Source: an uncultured Actinomycetota bacterium (GTDB lineage: Bacteria; Actinomycetota; Actinomycetes; JAHEKZ01). Taken from it: a DNA stretch of 64,000 nucleotides. The DNA is taken from the NCBI GenBank assembly GCA_963743915.1, contig CAVURN010000001.1, positions 736,001-800,000 on the forward strand, written 5' to 3'. Positions 29,810 through 38,468 of this stretch are shown in pieces. The position numbers and the translations under genes were made by a program. Position 1 is the stretch's first letter. Every line of letters begins with the position of its first letter. The notes below the pieces were generated by a model, which did no database searches, was not told where the DNA came from, and saw nothing but the letters and a program-made list of their open reading frames with translations.

Positions 29810-31032
29810 ATGCGCATCCTGCTGGTCGGAGCAGGGGGTGTCGGCTCGGCGGTCGTGCCGATCGCTGCTCGCCGTGACTTCTTCGAGACCGTGGTGGTGG
29901 CCGACTACGACCGTGACCGCGCCGAACGTGCCGTCGCGCAGGTGGACGACCCGCGCTTCGTCGCTGCCGAGGTGGACGCGTCGAACGCCGAGGCAGTGGT
30001 CGGTCTGGTCCGTGAACATGCGATCACCCACGTCCTCAACGCCGTGGATCCACGGTTCGTGCTCCCCATCTTCAACGGGGCGTTGGCGGCTGGTGCTGAC
30101 TACCTGGACATGGCGATGTCGCTGTCGTTCCCCCATCAGGACGAGCCGTACGCCAAGACCGGCGTCAAGCTCGGCGACGAGCAGTTCGCGGTGGCCGGTG
30201 AGTGGGAGAAGGCCGGTCGGCTGGCACTGGTGGGCGTAGGCGTCGAGCCCGGCCTCTCCGACGTGTTCGCCCGCTACGCAGCCGACGAGCTCTTCAGCGA
30301 GATCGACGAGGCCGGTGTCAGGGACGGATCGAATCTCGAGGTCGACGGGTACACGTTCGCTCCCTCGTTCTCGATCTGGACCACCATCGAGGAGTGCCTG
30401 AACCCGCCGGTGATCTGGGAGAAGGACAGAGGGCTGGTTCACGACGCCTCCCTTCTCCGAGCCGGAGGTGTTCGACTTCCCGGAGGGCATCGGACCGGTC
30501 GAGTGCGTGAACGTCGAGCACGAGGAGGTCCTGCTCATCCCGCGGTGGGTCGACTGCCGGCGCGCGACCTTCAAGTACGGCCTGGGTGAGGAGTTCATCG
30601 ACGTCCTGAAGGTGATCCACAAGCTCGGCATGGACCGGACGCAGAAGGTCGCGGTGGGGGACGTCGGAGGTCAGCCCCCGCGACGTCATCGCCGCGCTGC
30701 TTCCCGACCCCGCCACGCTCGGCGACCGCATGACGGGCAAGACGTGCGCCGGCACGTGGGTGACCGGTACCGGCAAGGACGGCAAGCCCACGTCAGGTGT
30801 ACCTGTACCACGTGGTCGACAACGAGTGGACGATGCGCGAGTACGGCTCGCAGGCCGTCGTGTGGCAGACGGCGATCAACCCCGTCGTCGCCCTCGAGCT
30901 GCTGGCCGACGGGTCATGGTCGGGAACCGGCGTCCTGGGACCGGAGGCCTTTCCGCCGAAGCCTTTCCTGGACAAGCTCGTCGCCTACGGGTCACCGTGG
31001 GGCATGCGCGAGGAGACGCCACGCCAGCATGA
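29810..31032 (+). CDS. Saccharopine dehydrogenase/carboxyspermidine dehydrogenase-family enzyme (several frameshifts)
   Basis: MRILLVGAGGVG, YLDMA, GVEPGLSDVFA, FSIWTTIEECLNP, VEHEEV, QAVVWQTA, GVLGPEAF; 3' end approximate. Confidence 0.8.
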
Positions 31033-31553
31033 GACGCCACCTGGTCGTGGCGGCCGCTGGGGTCTTCGGGCTGTCGGTGGTTGGCTGCATGGATCAAGGT
31101 CCGATGGATCAGCTGCGCGAAACGATGAGCACCCTGTCCGTTCCCGAGGCCCTGGAACCCTGGCGGGTCCAGCCCTGGAAGGGGGTCGACGGATGGGAGT
31201 CGCTCGAGATGCGGGACGGACGTGACGCGCTCATCTGGGAGGGTCCCCGAGGCATCGACAACGAAGACGCCTGGATAGCAAGTGGCTGGCGGCTCGAGCC
31301 CGTTGTGTCCGAGGGTGATCCCGTCGACCAGGCCTGTGCGGTGCTCGTCGAGCTCGTCGAGGCGAATGTCGCGGCTCGCGACACGATGACCGGCGAACCC
31401 GTCAAGTGTCAGGACGAGAAGTGGCCCATCAAGCGGTCGTACTCGCTGGAATGGTCGACCACGCAGGACGGACGATCGCTCGAAGCGGACGCCACACTGA
31501 GGGAGACGGGGCGCGCTGACGTCTTCACCTTCACCGTGACCGTCGGCGAGTGA
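31029..31553 (+). CDS. Hypothetical lipoprotein
   Basis: MRRHLVVAAAGVFGLSVVGC signal peptide/lipobox; ATGA overlap. Confidence 0.6.
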   Translation: MRRHLVVAAAGVFGLSVVGCMDQGPMDQLRETMSTLSVPEALEPWRVQPWKGVDGWESLEMRDGRDALIWEGPRGIDNEDAWIASGWRLEPVVSEGDPVDQACAVLVELVEANVAARDTMTGEPVKCQDEKWPIKRSYSLEWSTTQDGRSLEADATLRETGRADVFTFTVTVGE

Positions 31554-31590
31554 CCAGCCGACCTCCGGGCCCGAGCGGCTGGCGTACCCG

Positions 31591-32913
31591 TCAACGACTG
31601 AGCGTTGCCATGACGGGACCGAGGACCGTGGCGATGATGCGCGCGTGACGCAGCTGCAGGCGGGACCACGGCGCCCGGTCTCGCCGGGAGCACTCGAGCA
31701 GCCCGACGACGCTGCCGGCAGCGAGGACCGGGATGCCGATCATCGTGGCCATGCCCTCGGTCGTCATCCACGCCACCTCCGCCGGATCGGCATCGGGGTC
31801 GTCACGGTCGACGGTCATGATCTCGAGGGTCTCGAGGCACCGCGCCGTCTGCGGATAGTCCGCCAAGGGGTACCGCATCCCGTCGGGCATCCACACCCGC
31901 CGGGACATTCCCTGCGCGTACTGGCGGGTCGGGTCGACCGAGGAGATCTCGGCCAGGTCGCACTGCAGGTGGGCGCTGATGGCATCGGCCATCCGGGCAA
32001 GGCTGTCGAGGTCGTTGCAGTGCACGAGGTCGGCGAGCAGGCGTTCGAGTGCGCTCGTGTCCTGCCCCGGGGCGCGTGAGCCCAGCGCCAACGTGCGGCG
32101 GTAGGAGCTCTGGCAGGTGAGCACAGCGGACTCGCTCGCGGCGGCGAACTCCGGGGTGGGCATCCCGATCACCCAGCCCTGTGCCTCTGCGACGTCGAGG
32201 TCGGCGAGCACGTAGAGGCCGTCGAGGTTCTCCACGCCCTCGGCGCACACCTCCGCCCCGACGCGGGCGGCATACCGCACCACAGCCTCGACGAGGGCTG
32301 CCTTGGCGGCCTGTGACTCGATGCCGGTGACGAGCGAACGGTCGAGCTTGAGAAGGTCGGGGGACAGGGTCATGACCCGCTGAAGTCCGGCGTAGCCCTC
32401 TCCGACGTCGTCCACGGCGATGCGGGCACCGCGGTCCCGCAGGGCACGGAGGACCACCTGGAATCCGTCGCCGTCCTCGACGACCTCCTTCTCGGTGATC
32501 TCGAACTGCACACCGGTCAGGTCGAACGGAAGGACGTCGTGGAACTCCGGGGCGGACAGCACCGAGGGACTGACGTTGACCGAGAGGACCGATCCGTCGG
32601 GTCGGCTCTCGCCGACTCGCATCGCCAGGTCGACCGCCCGGGCCTCGAACATCGGCCCGAGACCGCACCGGTGCGCCATCGCGAACCAGGTGTCGGGGGA
32701 GTGCGAAGGCAGATCGGCCCCGAAGCGGGACAGTGCCTCGTAGCCGACGACCCGCCCGGACGAGAGGCCCAGGATCGGCTGGACGACGATCGACGGAGCC
32801 CCGCTGTGCAGCGCCCGGGTGACGAGGGCGCGGCACTCATCCACATCGGGCAGGGGATCCGGCGCAGCCGTGGACGCCGGCTCGGCCGCGATCGCTGCCC
32901 CGGTGCTGGTCAT
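31591..32913 (-). CDS. EAL-domain c-di-GMP phosphodiesterase with C-terminal GAF domain
   Basis: GYEALSRF, NVSP, EITE, DDVGEGY, KLD, AEGVE, QGW; GAF YPLADYPQT...GIPVLAAGSVVGLLEC. Confidence 0.85.
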   Translation of the reverse strand: MTSTGAAIAAEPASTAAPDPLPDVDECRALVTRALHSGAPSIVVQPILGLSSGRVVGYEALSRFGADLPSHSPDTWFAMAHRCGLGPMFEARAVDLAMRVGESRPDGSVLSVNVSPSVLSAPEFHDVLPFDLTGVQFEITEKEVVEDGDGFQVVLRALRDRGARIAVDDVGEGYAGLQRVMTLSPDLLKLDRSLVTGIESQAAKAALVEAVVRYAARVGAEVCAEGVENLDGLYVLADLDVAEAQGWVIGMPTPEFAAASESAVLTCQSSYRRTLALGSRAPGQDTSALERLLADLVHCNDLDSLARMADAISAHLQCDLAEISSVDPTRQYAQGMSRRVWMPDGMRYPLADYPQTARCLETLEIMTVDRDDPDADPAEVAWMTTEGMATMIGIPVLAAGSVVGLLECSRRDRAPWSRLQLRHARIIATVLGPVMATLSR

Positions 32914-33004
32914 GGTCTGCCGTCACCTCGTCGGTGCGGTTGGTGGAACCCCGTCTAGGAGATGTCGGCAGCCGGAGGCCTCGGGTGTAGGCCCTGCCGC
33001 CGCT

Positions 33005-34360
33005 TCACGAGAGGGAGGCGAACGCCTTGTCGAGCACGCCCAGGGCCTCCTCGAGCAGCTCCTCGGGCATGGTCAGGGGAGGCAGGAAGCGGAGCACGTT
33101 CCCGTAGGTGCCGGCGGTCAGGACCAGGACGCCCTCCGCGTGGCACTGCTTGACCACCGACGCGATCTCCGCGGTCGCGGGCTCGAGGGTGCCGGGCTTC
33201 ACGAGCTCGACGGCCACCATCGCCCCGCGACCTCGAACGTCCCCGATCACCGGGTACTGCGCCTGCATCTGAGCGAGACGGGGGAGCATGATCTCGCCGA
33301 TGCGACGAGCCCTGCCCACCAGGTCGTGCTGCTCGATGGCGGCCATGGCGCCGAGGGCCGCCGCGCAGGCGACCGGGTTGCCCCCGTAGGTGCCACCGAG
33401 CCCGCCGGTGTGCACGGCGTCCATGATCTCGGCGCGTCCCGTGACGGCGGCGAGCGGCATGCCGCCGGCGATGCCCTTGGCGGTGGTGATGATGTCAGGG
33501 ACGACGTCCTCGTCCTCGCAGGCGAACAGGTCGCCGGTCCTCGCGAACCCGGTCTGCACCTCGTCCGCGATGAAGACGATGCCGTTCGTCTTCGCGAACT
33601 CCGCGAGGCCGGGCAGGAACCCTTCGCCCGGGACGATGAATCCGCCCTCGCCCGCGATCGGCTCGATCAGGATCGCTGCCACCTGGTCGGCGCCGATCTC
33701 CTTCTCGATCTTGCTGATCACCTGCTCGAGCGCCTCACGTCCGGCGTTGGCGGCGCCGCCGGGCCACCGGAAGGGGTAGGAGAGGGGCATGCGGTAGATC
33801 TCGCCCGCGAAAGGACCGAAGTTGTACTTGTAAGGCATCGACTTGGCGGTGAGCGCCATGGTCAGGTTGGTGCGCCCGTGGTAGGCGTGCTCGAAGACCA
33901 CGACCGCCTGGCGCCCGGTGGCGTAGCGGGCGATCTTGACGGCGTTCTCGACCGCCTCGGCCCCGGAGTTGAAGAGGGCGGTCTTCTTGGCGTGGTCACC
34001 GGGGGTGAGACGGTTCAGCTGCTCGGCAACCGCGACGTAGCCCTCGTAGGGCGTGACCATGAAGCAGGTGTGGGTGAAGGCGGCGGCCTGCTCCTGGATG
34101 CCGGAGACCACCTCAGGGGCGGCGTTGCCCACGTTGACCACGGCGATGCCGGCGCCGAGGTCGATCAGGCTGTTGTCGTCGACGTCGACGAGCACACCGC
34201 CACCGGCAGCCTTGACGAAGACGGGCAGGACGGTGCCGATCCCGTCGGAGACGGCGGCCTGCTTGCGGGCGAGCAGCTCGACCGACCTGGGGCCGGGGAT
34301 CGCGGTGACCACGCGACGCTCCTGGGGCAGGGAGGGGCCGCCGGGCAGGGATCCAGTCAT
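33005..34360 (-). CDS. gabT: 4-aminobutyrate aminotransferase
   Basis: FTHTCFMVTPY, NSGAEAVENA, YHGRT, EPIAGEGG, DEVQTGFARTG, AKGIAGG, GGTYGGNP. Confidence 0.92.
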   Translation of the reverse strand: MTGSLPGGPSLPQERRVVTAIPGPRSVELLARKQAAVSDGIGTVLPVFVKAAGGGVLVDVDDNSLIDLGAGIAVVNVGNAAPEVVSGIQEQAAAFTHTCFMVTPYEGYVAVAEQLNRLTPGDHAKKTALFNSGAEAVENAVKIARYATGRQAVVVFEHAYHGRTNLTMALTAKSMPYKYNFGPFAGEIYRMPLSYPFRWPGGAANAGREALEQVISKIEKEIGADQVAAILIEPIAGEGGFIVPGEGFLPGLAEFAKTNGIVFIADEVQTGFARTGDLFACEDEDVVPDIITTAKGIAGGMPLAAVTGRAEIMDAVHTGGLGGTYGGNPVACAAALGAMAAIEQHDLVGRARRIGEIMLPRLAQMQAQYPVIGDVRGRGAMVAVELVKPGTLEPATAEIASVVKQCHAEGVLVLTAGTYGNVLRFLPPLTMPEELLEEALGVLDKAFASLS

Positions 34361-34465
34361 GGCAGGTCTCGCTTTCAGGGGGCGGTAACTCTGGCCACTG
34401 TACGTCCGCGGTCCCGCGAGCGTCCCCTGGCCGTCTCGCACAACTTCCTCGCTACCATGTGCCGC

Positions 34466-34497
34466 AGTGTCCATGAAGGGCCACAAAGTGTCCATGA
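34466..34497. promoter_or_regulatory. Direct repeat AGTGTCCATGA x2 (21-bp period), candidate PucR-type operator
   Basis: Copies at 34466-34476 and 34487-34497 in the gabT/PucR divergent gap. Confidence 0.55.
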
Positions 34498-34523
34498 CGG
34501 GTCCAGGAGCGCCGGGAGGTCGC

Positions 34524-36062
34524 ATGGTGGCGCCGACGGTCCGGACCCTGCTCGACCTGCCCGCGCTCGCCCTCGGGCTGCGGGCGGGGGCCGGGGAGAT
34601 CGACCGACCGGTCCGGTGGGTCGCGGTGAGCGAGCTCGAGGATCCCACCACGTACCTCGAGGGCGGGGAGCTGCTGCTCACCACCGGGCTGCGGCTCGTC
34701 GACGCCGACTGGCCCCACTACGTGGACCGGCTTGCGCATGCCGGTGTCAGCGGCCTCGGGCTCGGGGTCGGCCTCACTCACCAGCGGATGCCCAAGGCGC
34801 TCGTCACGGCCGCCGAGAGCGTCCACCTTCCGTTGCTCGAGGTTCCCGAACCCACCCCGTTCATGGCGGTCAGCCGCGCAGTGTCCGACCTGCTGGCGGC
34901 GGCGGAGTACGAGGCCGTCACCCGCACCGTCGAGGCGCAACGTGACCTCACCCGTGCTGCCCTCGCACCGGAGGGCGACGCGGCCGTCGTCGCGCGACTC
35001 GCGGCCGCGCTGGGCGCTCACGTGCTGCTGCTCGACGCAGCAGGTCGGCTGCTGCACGCCGCCCCACGCGAGGCGGCCAGTTGGGTCCAGGCGGTGGCGC
35101 CCGAGGTCGAGCGCCTGCGGCTGCGGGGGCCGCGCACCTCGGCCTCCTTCTCGCTTGACGACCGGCACATCGTCATGCAGCCGTTGGCTCCGGCGGGCCG
35201 GGTGCGGGGGTTCCTCGTGGTGGCGGGACCGCAGGCGTTCGCAACGGCCGACCTCGCGCTGGTCAACGTCGGGACGGCGCTGATCTCCCTGGCCATGGAG
35301 CGCTCAGTGGGCACCGACACCGCACGACGAGAGCTGCGGTCGGCGTTGCTGGCGCTCCTGGCCGACGGGATCCCCGTCGAGCGGCTGCCGGTGGCGGGAG
35401 TGGGCTGGGACGAGCTGCTGGCCGGTCCGGTCAGAGTCCTGGTCGCGGACGGCGCCCCGTCCGACCTGCTCGCCCTGCTGGAGGAGGTCGAGGAGAGCGA
35501 CCCGGTCAGGGGATGGCGCGGCGCGGCGCTGCACCACGGCCGCGTGGTGGTGCTGCAGCCGGATCCACGCGGGCAAGCGGCGCCCACCCCTCCGACCCCG
35601 CCGGCACCGGCCGGGCCGATCAGCTGGGGGATCAGCGACGTCGTTCCCGTGGCGCAGCTCGGTGACGGCCTGCGTCAGGCGGGACGCGCGCTGGCTGCGG
35701 CCGGTCCGGGCGGGGTCCGGTCCTTCGGCGACCTCGCCCGTGACGGCCTGGTCGGGCTCGTCGACGCGGAGGCCGCTCGCGGGTTCGCCGACGCGCTGCT
35801 GGGCCCGCTGGAGTCCCGCGAGCGCGGCGACCTGGTCGCGTCCGTCCGGGCCTGGCTGGCGCACCACGGACAGTGGGACGCTGCTGCGTCCACGCTCGGG
35901 GTGCACCGACACACCCTGCGCTACCGGATGAAGCGGGTCGAGGAGCTGCTCGGCAGGTCACTCGACGACCCCGACCTGCGCGCCGAGCTCTGGGTCGCAC
36001 TCGCGGTCCGGGACCGGGACGCGGCGGTCCCCGGGGCGAAACCTGCCGGGATGTCCAACTAG
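34524..36062 (+). CDS. PucR-family transcriptional regulator
   Basis: VRWVAVSELEDPTTYLEGGELLLTTG; HTH LGVHRHTLRYRM. Confidence 0.9.
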   Translation: MVAPTVRTLLDLPALALGLRAGAGEIDRPVRWVAVSELEDPTTYLEGGELLLTTGLRLVDADWPHYVDRLAHAGVSGLGLGVGLTHQRMPKALVTAAESVHLPLLEVPEPTPFMAVSRAVSDLLAAAEYEAVTRTVEAQRDLTRAALAPEGDAAVVARLAAALGAHVLLLDAAGRLLHAAPREAASWVQAVAPEVERLRLRGPRTSASFSLDDRHIVMQPLAPAGRVRGFLVVAGPQAFATADLALVNVGTALISLAMERSVGTDTARRELRSALLALLADGIPVERLPVAGVGWDELLAGPVRVLVADGAPSDLLALLEEVEESDPVRGWRGAALHHGRVVVLQPDPRGQAAPTPPTPPAPAGPISWGISDVVPVAQLGDGLRQAGRALAAAGPGGVRSFGDLARDGLVGLVDAEAARGFADALLGPLESRERGDLVASVRAWLAHHGQWDAAASTLGVHRHTLRYRMKRVEELLGRSLDDPDLRAELWVALAVRDRDAAVPGAKPAGMSN

Positions 36063-36123
36063 GTCACCCATCTTCGCCAATGCGGAGAGCGAACGAGCCA
36101 GGTGTCGCGCCTACCGTCGTGGC

Positions 36124-37560
36124 ATGCAGACCTCACCTTTCTGGCTCGCCGGTCGCCCCACCTACGGCGAGGAGGAGCTGTCCGTCCGACGCCCCGACGG
36201 CAGCCTGGTCGCGACCGTGAGCGTGCCCACTCCCGCCCAGGTGGAGGAGGCGCTGTCGGCCCTCGCGGCCGCCCGGGCGGAGTCGGCGGCGCTGACCCTC
36301 GGCCAGCGGGCCGATGCGCTGACGCACGTGGCGGCCCGGCTGACCGAGCGGGCCGACGAGATCGCCGCACTGATCACCGCTGAGAACGGCAAGCCCATCA
36401 AGTGGGCCCGGATCGAGGTGACCCGAGCGGCGAGCGTGTTCCGGTGGGCGGCGGAGGAGGCGCGTCGGTGGAGCGGTGAGGTGCAGCGTCTCGACACCGA
36501 TCCCGCCGCGGCCGGTCGGCTGGCGCTGGTGCGTCGCGTCCCCAAGGGGCCCGTGCTCGGCATCGCGCCGTTCAACTTCCCTTTGAACCTGGTCGCGCAC
36601 AAGGTCGCGCCCGCCCTTGCAGTAGGGGCTCCGATTCTGCTGAAGCCCGCGCCCGCCACCCCGCTGTCGGCACTGGTCCTCGGCGAGATCCTGTCCGAGA
36701 CCGACCTGCCGGCCGGAATGTGGTCGGTGCTGCCCGTCCCGAACGACCGGATGGCCACGCTCGTGGCCGACCCGCGGCTGCCGATCATCTCCTTCACCGG
36801 GTCGGCGCCCGTCGGCTACGCCATCCGCAGCTCGGTGCCGCACAAGCACGTCGTGCTCGAGCTCGGGGGCAACGCGGCGGCGGTGGTGCTGGGCGACTAC
36901 AGCGAGGCGGCCGACCTGGCGTGGGCCGCCCAGCGGATCGCGATGTTCGCCAACTACCAGGCCGGCCAGTCGTGCATCTCGGTCCAGCGGCTGCTCGTCG
37001 ACCGACCGCTGTACGACGAGGTTGTCGCCCGCGTCGTCGACGAGGTGGAGAAGCTGGTCACCGGCGACGTCGATGACCCCGCCACGGACGTCGGCCCCCT
37101 CGTCGACGAGCCAGCCGCAGTCCGGGTGGAGTCCTGGATCGACGAAGCGGTGTCCGCCGGGGCCAAGCTGCTGACGGGGGGCGTCCGGAGGGGTGCCGAG
37201 CTGAGCCCGGCGGTGCTGGTCGACGTGCCGACCGACGCCAAGCTGTGGTGCGAGGAGGTCTTCGGCCCGGCGGTCGTCATCGCTCCGGTCGACGGCGTCG
37301 ACGGCGCGGTCGCGGCCGTCAACGACTCACGCTTCGGCCTGCAGACCGGCGTGTTCACCAAGGACCTGCAGACCGCCTTCCGGCTCTTCTCCGAGCTCGA
37401 GGTCGGCGGCGTCATCATCGGTGACGTGCCCAGCTACCGGGCCGACCAGATGCCCTACGGCGGCGTGAAGGAGTCAGGTGTCGGACGCGAGGGCGTGGCA
37501 TACGCCATGACCGACTTCACCGAGGAGCGGGTGATGGTCATGACGGGTCTGCCGCTCTAG
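36124..37560 (+). CDS. Aldehyde dehydrogenase family protein
   Basis: PFNFPLNL, FTGS, LELGGNAA, AGQSCIS, EEVFGP, MPYGGVKESG. Confidence 0.9.
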   Translation: MQTSPFWLAGRPTYGEEELSVRRPDGSLVATVSVPTPAQVEEALSALAAARAESAALTLGQRADALTHVAARLTERADEIAALITAENGKPIKWARIEVTRAASVFRWAAEEARRWSGEVQRLDTDPAAAGRLALVRRVPKGPVLGIAPFNFPLNLVAHKVAPALAVGAPILLKPAPATPLSALVLGEILSETDLPAGMWSVLPVPNDRMATLVADPRLPIISFTGSAPVGYAIRSSVPHKHVVLELGGNAAAVVLGDYSEAADLAWAAQRIAMFANYQAGQSCISVQRLLVDRPLYDEVVARVVDEVEKLVTGDVDDPATDVGPLVDEPAAVRVESWIDEAVSAGAKLLTGGVRRGAELSPAVLVDVPTDAKLWCEEVFGPAVVIAPVDGVDGAVAAVNDSRFGLQTGVFTKDLQTAFRLFSELEVGGVIIGDVPSYRADQMPYGGVKESGVGREGVAYAMTDFTEERVMVMTGLPL

Positions 37561-37568
37561 CGAGCCCG

Positions 37569-38318
37569 TCACGTCGGGGGCGTGTACGCCTCCGGCCGGT
37601 GCACCATCTCGGCCAGGCTGCGCATCACCTGCTCGAACAGAGGCTCGCCGTCGCGCATGGCCCATGACAGGTGGCCGAACGCCTCCATCGCGACGCACCC
37701 GAAGATGCGCACCCATCCCTCCAGAAAGCGGACGACGGCTCCCATCGGCATGTCCGGCACGAGGGTCGAGGTGAGCCAGGTCCAGTAGGGGTCGAGCTCC
37801 ACCCGGAGGTTCTCCGGCAAGCCCTCACGCGTCTCGACGGGGAAGGGTGCGGCCTCCCACATGGCGATGAAGGCGGTCGCAAACAAGTTGCCGAACCGGT
37901 CGCTGGCCTGTTGGCACGCGTTGGTGGGCTCCTGGCCCAGCGCCGTCGGGGTGATGCCGAACAGCAGGCCGAACTCGTGCGGGTGTCCGATGGCCCACCG
38001 TCGGAAGGCTCGGCTGAGCGCCAGCATGCGGGCGAAGGGATCGACGGCGTCACGGGCGTCGGCCTCCATGGTGTCGCACAGCTCGCCGAAGAGGTCGACG
38101 GTGACCGCCTCGACAAGGTCCTCCAGGCTCGGGAAGTAGCGGTAGAGGGCCGGCGCGGTCAGGCCGACGTCGCGGGCGATGGCCCGCAGCTGGATCCCGC
38201 TGGGCCCCTGGGCCACCAGGTGGCTGCGGGCGGCGGCCTTGATCTCGTCGAGGGTCTGCTCGCGGAGCCGCTCCCGCCGGGTGGCGGCCAGGACCGGCCC
38301 GGCCTCGGTGCTGCTCAT
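37569..38318 (-). CDS. TetR-family regulator (WHG-type C-terminus)
   Basis: LRAIARDVGLTAPALYRYF HTH; divergent from MMPL. Confidence 0.85.
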   Translation of the reverse strand: MSSTEAGPVLAATRRERLREQTLDEIKAAARSHLVAQGPSGIQLRAIARDVGLTAPALYRYFPSLEDLVEAVTVDLFGELCDTMEADARDAVDPFARMLALSRAFRRWAIGHPHEFGLLFGITPTALGQEPTNACQQASDRFGNLFATAFIAMWEAAPFPVETREGLPENLRVELDPYWTWLTSTLVPDMPMGAVVRFLEGWVRIFGCVAMEAFGHLSWAMRDGEPLFEQVMRSLAEMVHRPEAYTPPT

Positions 38319-38346
38319 GGGGACTCCCGGAGGTTGTCGCGTTTCC

Positions 38347-38413
38347 GTGAACGGGGTTGACAAGAGTTTACATCGTTTGCATAGTGGACGCACCCAAAGT
38401 AAACGGCGTTCAC
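38347..38413 (+). promoter_or_regulatory. Housekeeping-sigma promoter for MMPL overlapped by three TetR operator-like palindromes
   Basis: TTGACA (38357) N17 CATAGT (38380); GTGAACgggGTTGAC, GTTTACatcGTTTGC, GTAAACggcGTTCAC. Confidence 0.65.
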
Positions 38414-38468
38414 GAGGGTGATCATGCGTCACCACTCTAGCGCCGGCGCCGCCTGGAAGGGACCCGCC

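Noticed and set aside
18330-31030. Pseudogene island or programmed frameshifting
   Set aside because: Catalytic motifs are intact, I saw no nonsense codons, and indels are scattered without slippery-site consistency, so sequencing error is more likely.
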